This document shows, piece after piece, positions 7,516-15,742 of a stretch of 17,412 bases of DNA (the first letter of the stretch is position 1; each line of letters begins with the position of its first letter). The notes below the pieces were generated by a model that saw nothing but the letters and a program-made list of their open reading frames with translations, was not told the origin of the DNA and searched no databases. Where the stretch lies: contig JAYUVP010000343.1 of the NCBI GenBank assembly GCA_043753995.1, forward strand, positions 1 through 17,412, in the 5' to 3' direction. The DNA comes from Fibrobacterota bacterium. GTDB taxonomy: Bacteria > Fibrobacterota > Fibrobacteria > UBA11236. The position numbers were made by a program, and so were the translations under genes.

Positions 7516-8556
7516 GTGGCGATGGCCCTTGTGGATTTTCATTCTTCTGAATTGCCCCCCGTGGTCGCGGTGAGCATGAAGGAGTTGCGTAAAAAAAGCA
7601 AATCCAAATTGCATGCCCTCTATCGCACCGCCTTGGACAATGCCTTGCTCTCTGCCCTGCTTTTCGGCAGCATCTGGCATCTGATCCATATCGCACTTTT
7701 TCGCGCCGGCCATCAAGGCTCCTTGCTGGGCTTCATGCCAACCCAACCCTGGGGATTTTTGGCCTTGCTTCCCGAATTCCTGGTGCCCTATGTTTCCTTG
7801 CGCTTGCTTGCCGCCGCCAAACACAAACATGAAGAGCATTGGCGCGAGCAATTGCTGGGCGGTCTGGAGCGCGGCCAGGAAATACAAAAGGTCTCGATTC
7901 TCGGATTCGCTAAAATCAGCGAAGTGCGCGATCCCGATACCGGCGATCACATTCAGCGCATGAGCCATTATTCCCGCCTCTTGGCCGAGGAAATGGGCAA
8001 ATTGCCGGAATATACGCGTTATGTGACCCGCGACTATGTGGATGAAATCTATTTATCGGCACCTTTGCACGATATCGGCAAGGTCGGCATCAATGACGAC
8101 ATACTCAAGAAAAAAGGCAGCCTGACCCCCGAAGAATTCGACATCATGAAAATGCATACCATCTTGGGCGGCGACTTGCTGCATGAGCTGGAAATGAAGT
8201 TGGGCTTCCGCACTTTTTATTCTCTCGGCAAGCAAATCGCCTATCACCATCACCAATGCTGGAATGGAACAGGCTATCCCAATGTGCTCGGCGAAAGCCG
8301 CGCCCTTTTCATCGACAAAGGCATAGGCCGCCCCCTGCAAGGCAAGGACATTCCGCTCTCGGCGCGTATTGTCGCGCTCGCCGACGTCTATGATGCCCTC
8401 CTCTCGCGCCGCTGCTATAAAGAACCCATCCCCCATGAGCAAGCGCGTCGCATGATACTCGAAGACAGCGGCAAGCGTTTCGACCCCGAAGTCGTGCGCG
8501 CTTTTCAGCGCCTCGAAAAGGACTTCGTGCGCGTTTCCCGAGAGTTTTCTCGGTGA
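7516..8556 (+). CDS. HD-GYP domain protein (putative cyclic-dinucleotide phosphodiesterase) with two predicted N-terminal transmembrane segments
   Basis: EVRDPDTGDHIQRMSHYS, APLHDIGKVGI, MKMHTILG, HHQCWNGTGYP, IPLSARIVALADVYDALLSRRCYK and SGKRFDPEVV. Hydrophobic stretches ALLSALLFGSIWHLIHIALF and WGFLALLPEFLVPYVSL. The start could be 7516, 7522 or 7577. Confidence 0.9.
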   Translation: MAMALVDFHSSELPPVVAVSMKELRKKSKSKLHALYRTALDNALLSALLFGSIWHLIHIALFRAGHQGSLLGFMPTQPWGFLALLPEFLVPYVSLRLLAAAKHKHEEHWREQLLGGLERGQEIQKVSILGFAKISEVRDPDTGDHIQRMSHYSRLLAEEMGKLPEYTRYVTRDYVDEIYLSAPLHDIGKVGINDDILKKKGSLTPEEFDIMKMHTILGGDLLHELEMKLGFRTFYSLGKQIAYHHHQCWNGTGYPNVLGESRALFIDKGIGRPLQGKDIPLSARIVALADVYDALLSRRCYKEPIPHEQARRMILEDSGKRFDPEVVRAFQRLEKDFVRVSREFSR

Positions 8557-9098
8557 GACTTTCGCGAACCGGCTTTTCTTTCGCACTCAGCATCGGCATT
8601 CTGGCTTGTCTTTTCGCGCTTCAGGGCTGCGAGCCTGCCAGTGAAGGCAGCGACGACGCGCATTTGGTTTTCGGAGCCAAGAATCTGGCTTGTGGAAATT
8701 GGTTCGCCTATAGCCAGGACACTTCAGGATATTTCGTTTTATTCATCGGACATGCGGAAGATGGCGCCTCTCCCAAGGACGACACTTTGTCGCTTGCTTC
8801 CCAGGATTCGGCCTCGCCGCTCTTGGCTCGCATATACCGCTTGAATCAGGCCAATAAAGTGGGTACTCGTTTTTGCAATGATGTTCTTTATCCTGAATTG
8901 AAAATCACGGATAGCCTAACCGTGACTCAGGCCACCGTAGAGGTGCATAAAGAAGCCCCCGCAAGCGATGTTTTCGGTGCTCCGTACCGCATGAAATTGC
9001 GGTTGCATGATTTGCGCTATCGTGATTTAGAGGGCATAGAGCATGCATTGCCCGAATTGCACCTCGACTCGCTTCTTGCCGGCTGGCTGGCTGGTTGA
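8553..9098 (+). CDS. Hypothetical lipoprotein
   Basis: GTGA start/stop overlap with the HD-GYP gene. Basic N-terminus, hydrophobic core and lipobox LQG/C (MRLSRTGFSFALSIGILACLFALQGC). Confidence 0.7.
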   Translation: MRLSRTGFSFALSIGILACLFALQGCEPASEGSDDAHLVFGAKNLACGNWFAYSQDTSGYFVLFIGHAEDGASPKDDTLSLASQDSASPLLARIYRLNQANKVGTRFCNDVLYPELKITDSLTVTQATVEVHKEAPASDVFGAPYRMKLRLHDLRYRDLEGIEHALPELHLDSLLAGWLAG

Positions 9099-9114
9099 AT
9101 CTCGGTAACCCTTC

Positions 9115-9144
9115 TTGATACCCGCCGCGACAATTTGATAGGTT
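9115..9144 (+). promoter_or_regulatory. Sigma70-like promoter TTGATA-N18-TAGGTT with extended TGn, 6 nt before the ygiD ATG
   Basis: TTGATA 9115-9120, TG 9136-9137, TAGGTT 9139-9144, ATG 9151; no SD sequence. Confidence 0.5.
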
Positions 9145-9150
9145 GCTGGC

Positions 9151-9936
9151 ATGATGCCAACAATGCCTGCGCTTTTTGTCGGTCATGGCTCGCCCATGAA
9201 TGCCCTGGAAGACAATGAATTCACGCGCACTTGGCGTGAGTTCGGGCGCACCCTACCCAAGCCCGAGGCCATCCTTTGCATTTCCGCGCATTGGCTGACG
9301 CGCGGCACCTCGGTCACCCACACCGCCAAGCCCGAAACCATACACGATTTTGGCGGCTTTCCCGATCGCCTATTCGCGGTGCAATATCCCGCGCCGGGAA
9401 GCCCCGCCTGGGCTGAGCGCATTCGCGATCTCATCGCCGATCCGAAAATCGAACTGGATGAGAAATGGGGACTCGATCATGGCACCTGGTCCATCCTCAA
9501 ACATTTTTATCCCAATGCCGACATACCCGTTTTGCAACTCAGCATAGACTATCCCCAAACGCCGCAATTTCATTATGACTTGGGTCGCAAACTCGCCCCT
9601 TTACGCAAGCAGGGTGTCTTGATTCTTGGCAGCGGCAATGTCGTGCACAATTTGCGCCTAGCCGCTTTCGATAAAATCGACAAGCCCGGCTTCGGTTTTG
9701 ACTGGGCCTTGGAGATGAATGAGCTATTCAAAAAGCATGTGCTTTCCGGTAATCATCAAGCCCTCATCGATTATTCAAAACTCGGAAGGCCCGCCCAACT
9801 CTCCATTCCCACTCCCGATCACTATTTTCCCATGCTTTATATTCTGGGCCTGCAGGAAAAGGACGAAACGCCGATTCTCTTCAATGATGCGGCGGTGGCG
9901 GGATCGCTCACCATGACCTCGGTGAAATTCGGTTAA
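9151..9936 (+). CDS. ygiD: 4,5-DOPA extradiol dioxygenase (LigB family, class III ring-cleavage)
   Basis: MPALFVGHGSPMNA, ISAHW, TIHDFGGFP, YPAPGSP, WGLDHGTW, GSGNVVHNLR and PTPDHYFP. Confidence 0.93.
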   Translation: MMPTMPALFVGHGSPMNALEDNEFTRTWREFGRTLPKPEAILCISAHWLTRGTSVTHTAKPETIHDFGGFPDRLFAVQYPAPGSPAWAERIRDLIADPKIELDEKWGLDHGTWSILKHFYPNADIPVLQLSIDYPQTPQFHYDLGRKLAPLRKQGVLILGSGNVVHNLRLAAFDKIDKPGFGFDWALEMNELFKKHVLSGNHQALIDYSKLGRPAQLSIPTPDHYFPMLYILGLQEKDETPILFNDAAVAGSLTMTSVKFG

Positions 9937-10032
9937 AAGGCCAAAAGTGTTTACCGACTGCTTCGTGATTTGATAAAACCCCACAGCGACAATCCACCTG
10001 GGGGCCTAACTTAAGGCCTTAGGGGGATTTCC

Positions 10033-11103
10033 ATGTTATTTCAATGCTACCGAGCCATAATTCCGGCTTTGCTTTTTTCCGCTTTGATTCCGGCCTTTGC
10101 CCAAGGAACCAAGGACAGCGACAAGATGCTGGACAAAACCTTTCAGTCTTCCGCTGGCGCCTTGAAATACCTCCTCTTCGTCCCCAAGGGCTATGTCGCA
10201 ACGCAGAAATATCCCCTGGTGGTTTCGCTGCGCGGTGCGGGCAATACCTATACCGGTGCCACCAATGACAATGACCAAGCTCATCCTTGGATTGAGGACA
10301 GCATTCAAACCCGCGTGCCTCATTTCATCATGGTCCCCGAACCCATTGGAGGGGCCTGGGGCGGCCCGATTGGGGGCGGGAATTCCAATGGCATCCTGGC
10401 GCCGGCATCGGTAGCCGTCATCGAGGCCATTGAAGATTTGAAGAAGCAATATACCCTGGACACCAACCGCTTCATCATCACCGGTTTTTCCCTCGGCGGG
10501 ACCGGAACCTATCATATGATCGAGATTAAATCCAATTACTGGGCCGCGGCCATACCTGCCTCGGCAGGGCCGGATACCACCAAACTAGGGACCATATCCA
10601 AGACGCCCATCTGGCATCATCAAGGGAGTCTTGACAACAATGCTGCCGCGGGCCGCCGTATGGCCTTGGGCCTGGACAACCGTGGGTTCAAGGTCGTGCG
10701 TGTTGTCGTCGACTACACCATCAATTCGTCCGGCGGCTGGCGCACCGCGGTCCAGAGCACCAAGCCCGAAGACATCATTTTCAAGAATGCTAAAGCGCCC
10801 GTCACCCTGGATTCACTCAAACGCGCCATCGCCGCTGGCGCGAATTTCCTCTATACCGAAATGACCGGCGGAAACCATGAAGCCGGTTGGATCGGCGCCG
10901 CTCACAATCCCCTGGCTGCCACTTGGGCCTTTTCCAAGGTGCGGGGCGGAGGCTCGGTTTCCATAGCTCCACAATCACGGCCCCTGGTGATGAAAAGAGG
11001 CGGAGCCATCTTGAGCTTCGGTATTTTGCCCGATGTGCGCCAGGGTAAGGCCTCTAATTTATTGGGCCGGACTATAAAGTTGAAGCCGCAACATTTGAAT
11101 TAA
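10033..11103 (+). CDS. Secreted alpha/beta hydrolase (predicted esterase/peptidase)
   Basis: AGGGGG RBS; signal peptide ending PAFA/Q; YLLFVP...KYPLVVSLRGAG; nucleophile elbow ITGFSLGG; PIWHHQGSLD (Asp) and GGNHE (His). Confidence 0.82.
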   Translation: MLFQCYRAIIPALLFSALIPAFAQGTKDSDKMLDKTFQSSAGALKYLLFVPKGYVATQKYPLVVSLRGAGNTYTGATNDNDQAHPWIEDSIQTRVPHFIMVPEPIGGAWGGPIGGGNSNGILAPASVAVIEAIEDLKKQYTLDTNRFIITGFSLGGTGTYHMIEIKSNYWAAAIPASAGPDTTKLGTISKTPIWHHQGSLDNNAAAGRRMALGLDNRGFKVVRVVVDYTINSSGGWRTAVQSTKPEDIIFKNAKAPVTLDSLKRAIAAGANFLYTEMTGGNHEAGWIGAAHNPLAATWAFSKVRGGGSVSIAPQSRPLVMKRGGAILSFGILPDVRQGKASNLLGRTIKLKPQHLN

Positions 11104-13875
11104 TTCGCTCTTTAAAAAGGGCTTGCAAATACTGCCTTCGAAGCCGAAATCCTTGGGCCTGGCCATCACGGGATCTTCGGCATACCCACTCGCTACGAAA
11201 ACCGGAATAGAAGGCTGAATGGCCTTCACGCGAACCACAGCTTCGCGACCTCCCATTTGCCCAGGCACGGTCAAGTCGAAGAGCATGGCCGCAACTTCTT
11301 TTCCCTGGCTCATTAGAGATTGTAAGGCCTCTATGGCCTCTTGCCCGTTTTCCGTAACGAGGACTTCATAGCCAATATCTGAAAGCATGGATCCAATGGA
11401 TTCGCGAATATTGGCATCGTCATCCATTAAAATGAAAAAGCCCTTCCCTTCGAAATCGGTGGTGGCCGGAATCGCCACTTGCGCAATAATCTTTTCCGTC
11501 GAAGGCAGGTAAATATGAAAAACCGTACCCTTGCCGACTTCGGATTCCACGTCGATATGCCCGCCATGACGACTCACGATGGAAAAACAAGTCGCCAAAC
11601 CCAGGCCATGTCCTTTTGCCTTGGTCGTGAAAAAGGGATCGAATATACGGGGTAGAATGGCTTGGGAAATGCCTTCGCCCTGATCGCGTATGGAAATACA
11701 AACGAAATTGCCCGGCTCCAGCGAGGGATGTATGGGTTTACCAACCGGGATATTTTCGGCGGAAACCGTGATATTGCCTCCGCGGGGCATGGCCTGCATC
11801 GCATTAATGACCAAGTTGTCTATGACCTGGCCAATTTGATTGCGATCAAATTCACAAATCCATAAATCTTCGGAAATTTGGAATTGGCAATCGACATCCG
11901 ATCCACTCAAAGCGAAGCGCGTGGTTTCCTGAATAAAAGGCGCCAAGGACTGCGGCCTTTTAATCGGCTCTCCGCCCCGGGCAAAAGTCAATAATTGCTG
12001 GGTCAGTCCCCGCGCTCTTTCGATAGACCGCGTGGCGCTCGCTAGATAATGCGCCACCTTGGCATCCAGGGGCCGGGATTGCGCCATATCGATATACCCG
12101 TAAATGCCCCCAATCAAATTATTGAAGTCGTGGGCAATGCCACCGGCCAAAATCCCCAAAGACTCCAGCTTTTGGGTTTTATGCAATTCCGATTCCAAAC
12201 GCTTGCGCTCCGAAATATCCAGTATGCTCCCTCGAATCAGCAAACCCTCGCTTGAAGGAAAGAGAGACAAACGCAGGTCGCAAACCATTTCCTCGCCTTG
12301 AGAGTTTTTATGCGTCCACTCGAATTGCTGGGCCTGGCCTTCTTTCGCCAGATTCAGCTTTTCCATCACCATATCCGACGAAAGCCTCCCATTGGGTTGT
12401 CTTTCCGGGCTTAAATCCATGGGGCTTTTTTGCAATAATTCTTCGCGTGACAGCCGGAAAAAGCGGCAAGCTTTTTCATTGAAGTCGACAAAGCGTCCTT
12501 GATTCATGTCATAGACCACGATGACATCGGGAGCATTCTCCACCAAGGAGCGGAAACGGGCCTCACTCTGGCTCAGGCGCTCTCGCGCCGCATTCCGATC
12601 GGAAATATCGCGCACGAATGAACAAATCATCTCATCATCGCCGAATTTTAGGTAGTTCGCCACGATTTCAACGGGCTTCAAGGTTCCATCCTTGGTCCGA
12701 TGCACGGCCTCGATTTTATTGATGCCCGACTGCGAAAGCGATTGGAGGGAATTCTCCCAGTGTTCCATTGGGAAAAAGGGATCGATGTCCGGAATAGAAA
12801 GACTCAGCATTTCCTCACGGGTATATCCCAAGGAGGCGCAAGCCGACTCATTCACGTCGACAATACGCCCTTTGGCATTCATGCGGAACATGGCTTCCGA
12901 AGAATGTTCGACGGTAAAGCGCGTCAAAAGCAAGGAGGCTTCGGAGCGCCGCCGTGCTTCGATTTCGCGCATCATGACATGAAAAGCGCTGCCGATAATC
13001 AGAGTCACCGCGCAAAGAAAAGCCAGACCCAAATGCATATGAATCAACTGTGAAATCTCGGTCACGCCACTGCCACCCTTCACCGGCCAAAGCAGGGGCA
13101 TGGTCAAGGCGAAGACGACTGTCCAAATATTCCAAGTAAGCACGAGGCTTAGGCTAAATCTCAGAGCGACCCAAAGGCCAATCGTGGCAAAGGCTATCCA
13201 ATAATCCGACAAGGGAAAGTATCGCGACACCAGAGCGGGAAGGGCAAAAATCAAGGTCATTTCCAAAGGCAGAAAACGCCGCCGACCTTGAGCAGCTATC
13301 CAGTTAGGGAATGGCGATGATTGGGTTCTGGCCAGGCCTCTCTTTTCCAACCAAGGAGAGACGAAGTATACAAGGGGGGTGGCAATCACTAATCCCCCAA
13401 GCAAGGTTCCGGTGGATTGGGCCCAAACCCTATCCCATAAATTGGCTGTCGGGAATTCGCCAAGCAAAACGGAATGCCCAAGTATTTGTATCCCATCCAT
13501 CACTGCTCCGGGAAGAAGAGCAGTCACCAGCCACTTCAAGGTCTGACGCCCATCCGTCAGATTGAGCGGCTCCCGGAATAAGAAGGCAAAAAAGACCCAA
13601 GAAGAAAAAACCGTCAGGGAATCAGATAAGGCGCGAACTTGCCAAAACAAATCGTCCGATAATCCCCATAAACCGGTGGTGATGGCAGCGCTGATGGCCA
13701 ACCCGAGCAAAACTCTCGGTCCCCACCAGTAAATCATGGCAATAGCGAGAGGTATGCACCCATGCAATAGGGCAATGCCGGGAGTAAGCTGCAAGCGCAA
13801 TGAGACGAAGTCACCCACCTGGCAAACCAGAAAGGGCGCAATCCAGGTCCACCAGGGAAGTTGTGATTTGGTCAA
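11059..13875 (-). CDS. Hybrid sensor histidine kinase: MASE1-like membrane domain, two PAS domains, HisKA, HATPase and REC
   Basis: Multi-TM N-terminus (WWGPRVLLG); two PAS repeats (VNESACASLGYTREE, FNEKACRFFRLSREE); H-box AGGIAHDFNN; N-box NLVINAMQAM; DQGEGI, FDPFFTTK and GHGLGL; REC motifs MDDD, FDLTVP and CKPF. Likely TTG start at 13875 with GAGG 9 nt upstream; the ORF is open to 14121. Confidence 0.92.
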   Translation of the reverse strand: MTKSQLPWWTWIAPFLVCQVGDFVSLRLQLTPGIALLHGCIPLAIAMIYWWGPRVLLGLAISAAITTGLWGLSDDLFWQVRALSDSLTVFSSWVFFAFLFREPLNLTDGRQTLKWLVTALLPGAVMDGIQILGHSVLLGEFPTANLWDRVWAQSTGTLLGGLVIATPLVYFVSPWLEKRGLARTQSSPFPNWIAAQGRRRFLPLEMTLIFALPALVSRYFPLSDYWIAFATIGLWVALRFSLSLVLTWNIWTVVFALTMPLLWPVKGGSGVTEISQLIHMHLGLAFLCAVTLIIGSAFHVMMREIEARRRSEASLLLTRFTVEHSSEAMFRMNAKGRIVDVNESACASLGYTREEMLSLSIPDIDPFFPMEHWENSLQSLSQSGINKIEAVHRTKDGTLKPVEIVANYLKFGDDEMICSFVRDISDRNAARERLSQSEARFRSLVENAPDVIVVYDMNQGRFVDFNEKACRFFRLSREELLQKSPMDLSPERQPNGRLSSDMVMEKLNLAKEGQAQQFEWTHKNSQGEEMVCDLRLSLFPSSEGLLIRGSILDISERKRLESELHKTQKLESLGILAGGIAHDFNNLIGGIYGYIDMAQSRPLDAKVAHYLASATRSIERARGLTQQLLTFARGGEPIKRPQSLAPFIQETTRFALSGSDVDCQFQISEDLWICEFDRNQIGQVIDNLVINAMQAMPRGGNITVSAENIPVGKPIHPSLEPGNFVCISIRDQGEGISQAILPRIFDPFFTTKAKGHGLGLATCFSIVSRHGGHIDVESEVGKGTVFHIYLPSTEKIIAQVAIPATTDFEGKGFFILMDDDANIRESIGSMLSDIGYEVLVTENGQEAIEALQSLMSQGKEVAAMLFDLTVPGQMGGREAVVRVKAIQPSIPVFVASGYAEDPVMARPKDFGFEGSICKPFLKSELIQMLRLQLYSPAQ

Positions 13876-14204
13876 GGAAACATGCCTCGCTTTGTGAATA
13901 AGGGAAGGGTAGCGAAGGAAAATCTCATTGAGAGTTCCGTCACAGATCTTCTCTGCTATTGGCACGACTAATTTAACCAAACCTAAACGTCCCGATGTAC
14001 GACCTTTCTGGGCGCCTTGGGGATTTTCCCGAAGGCTTTTGCCTATCGCTTTTTGATTTTGGGCCAACGGAGAATAGCCGCTGCTGATGCGTGAGACTTG
14101 CGACTCTTTTCCCAATTTCATATCAGGAAAATAAGGTTTTGAAGCAAAGGCCCGCTTCCTGCCTATTGGAGTACTGCCAAATAATGCTGTTGTTTATTAC
14201 AGCG

Positions 14205-14795
14205 CTAGGCCAATCCGGCCAATACCGTTTCCAAAATTCTCCTTAGAAGCGGCTCCCGCTTCTCGTTTAGAAACTGGGCCACTAATTTGGGATGAGTGAA
14301 GCCCATGGTGCTGGTCACCAGTATGGCCGTGATTTTTTCCGGTGACTCCTTACGGATTTTCTTGGCGGTCATCGCTTCCTTGACCAGACCGGTGACTTGG
14401 CGATACATGGTCTTGAGATGGCTATCTACGAAGGATTTTCCGGAATCCACCGCAGAATCAAATGCCTTATAGATTTCAGGCTCCTGCTGGACTCTTTCCA
14501 ATTTGGTCAAATGCAGCTTCAGGAAATATTCCTGGATCTTTTCCAGAGGGTCCTTTTTTTTCTGGCAGACCTGTTCCATCAAAGCATCGACCGACTCAAG
14601 CCATTGCGCCGATACGCAATCCAGTAGCGCTGCCTTGTCCGCGAAATGGCTGTACAAGGCCACGTGGCTCACCCCCACGTCCTTGGCGATGTCCACCAAG
14701 CGCACCTTTTCGAAACCATGCCGACGTATCCGTTCGATAGCCGAAAATAAGGCCTTTTCTCGGATTTCCTCGGCTGTTAGTCCAGTTCTAGGCAC
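14205..14795 (-). CDS. TetR/AcrR-family transcriptional regulator
   Basis: HTH: GFEKVRLVDIAKDVGVSHVALYSHFADKAALL. GTG start at 14795 (MPRTGLTAEE) preferred over 14846. Confidence 0.92.
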   Translation of the reverse strand: MPRTGLTAEEIREKALFSAIERIRRHGFEKVRLVDIAKDVGVSHVALYSHFADKAALLDCVSAQWLESVDALMEQVCQKKKDPLEKIQEYFLKLHLTKLERVQQEPEIYKAFDSAVDSGKSFVDSHLKTMYRQVTGLVKEAMTAKKIRKESPEKITAILVTSTMGFTHPKLVAQFLNEKREPLLRRILETVLAGLA

Positions 14796-14801
14796 GCGAG
14801 C

Positions 14802-14807
14802 AATATA
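14802..14807 (-). promoter_or_regulatory. -10 hexamer TATATT 6 nt before the TetR GTG; probable leaderless promoter
   Basis: Minus strand reads TATATT-GCTCGC-GTG. Confidence 0.5.
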
Positions 14808-14846
14808 GTTCCAAGGCCTTCCCGAATAAACAGTCTGACGAATCAC

Positions 14847-14874
14847 TTGACTTTCAAAAGTTACATGTTATTAT
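14847..14874 (+). promoter_or_regulatory. Sigma70 promoter for the SDR gene: TTGACT-N16-TATTAT with extended TGn
   Basis: TTGACT 14847-14852, TG 14866-14867 and TATTAT 14869-14874. Confidence 0.6.
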
Positions 14875-14885
14875 TTTTGTAACTT
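14858..14885. promoter_or_regulatory. Putative TetR operator, inverted repeat AAGTTACA-N12-TGTAACTT
   Basis: Perfect 8-bp arms straddling the -10 element in the AT-rich spacer between the divergent TetR and SDR genes. Confidence 0.7.
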
Positions 14886-14928
14886 GTAATTCTGGCCTCG
14901 AGGCCGCGAGAAAACTTCAACCAAGGCA

Positions 14929-15672
14929 ATGAACATGAAAATGACAGGCAATACCATCCTCCTCACGGGCGGCTCCACGGGCATTGGGCTTTCGCTAGCC
15001 GTTCGCTTCCTCGAAGCCGGAAATCGTGTACTCATTTGCGGGCGACGTAAAGACAAATTGGAAGAAGCGCAAAAGGCACACCCCGGACTGGGCATCTTCG
15101 TCTGCGACGTTTCCAAGCAGGCTGACAGGGAAGCGCTTTTCGCTTATACGGTCCGTGAATTCCCCGGTACCAATGTGCTCTTCAACAATGCAGGGGTTAT
15201 GCGTTACCTGAACCTTGAAGGATCTCAGTCTTGGAAGGTGGCCGAGGAAGAAATCGCCACGAATCTATTTGCACCCATCCATCTCTCCATGCTATTCGTT
15301 GAACACCTCGCGGGTAAGGGCAATGCTACAATCATCAATACTACCTCGGGCCTGAGCCATGTACCCTTGGCCGCCGCCCCGGTTTATAGCGCCACCAAGG
15401 CGGGCCTCCATTCCTTCACCCTGTCCCTCCGCCATCAACTGGCGCGAAAGGGAATCCAGGTCATCGAGGTATCCCCGCCCCATGTGAATACCGATCTTGG
15501 AATACCCGGGGCCAATGGTGCAGGCATGGACCTTCAGGCATACATCGATTCGGTGATGTCAGGATTTGAGATGGGGGAAGAGGAAATCACCTCAGGCTTC
15601 TCGACCATGCTCAGCAGGGCAAGCCGGGAGGAGAAGGAAAAGATTTTTGCTCAGCTAAATGGGAAACATTGA
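14929..15672 (+). CDS. Short-chain dehydrogenase/reductase (DltE-like)
   Basis: NTILLTGGSTGIG, ICGRR, NNAG, catalytic YSATK and IEVSPPHVNT. The start may be 14935. Confidence 0.92.
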   Translation: MNMKMTGNTILLTGGSTGIGLSLAVRFLEAGNRVLICGRRKDKLEEAQKAHPGLGIFVCDVSKQADREALFAYTVREFPGTNVLFNNAGVMRYLNLEGSQSWKVAEEEIATNLFAPIHLSMLFVEHLAGKGNATIINTTSGLSHVPLAAAPVYSATKAGLHSFTLSLRHQLARKGIQVIEVSPPHVNTDLGIPGANGAGMDLQAYIDSVMSGFEMGEEEITSGFSTMLSRASREEKEKIFAQLNGKH

Positions 15673-15702
15673 GAAGGACGGGCCAAGTGGCCGCTTTGGG
15701 TC

Positions 15703-15721
15703 TCCAGATTTGATCCAGAAT
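15703..15721 (+). promoter_or_regulatory. Tandem direct repeat TCCAGA with 11-bp period; putative OmpR-family autoregulatory box
   Basis: TCCAGAtt-tga-TCCAGAat, with copies at 15703 and 15714, followed by TAGATT (15729-15734) and the ATG at 15743. Confidence 0.5.
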
Positions 15722-15742
15722 TGCTAGCTAGATTGCAGGGGA

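Noticed and set aside
7492..8599. Minus-strand ORFs of 158, 177 and 96 aa
   Set aside because: Shadows of the HD-GYP gene in GC-rich DNA, with no recognisable motifs.
6546..9936. Idea that larB, HD-GYP, the lipoprotein and ygiD form one pathway
   Set aside because: larB is divergent from the others, ygiD has its own promoter-like elements, and no shared biochemical logic can be supported from sequence alone.
10012..10021. 10-bp palindrome TAAGGCCTTA next to the hydrolase RBS
   Set aside because: Single short palindrome expected by chance in 17 kb; no second copy noticed.
13955..14050. Minus-strand AGGCAAAAGCCTTCGGGAAAATCCCCAAGGCGC resembling a c-di-GMP-I riboswitch P2
   Set aside because: GAAA is not a closed tetraloop, the GACGCAAA junction is missing and no CUAA receptor stem is evident.
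13876..14121. 82-aa N-terminal extension of the hybrid kinase given by the ORF track
   Set aside because: It has no domain-like character, and TTG 13875 with a GAGG SD directly precedes the first membrane segment.
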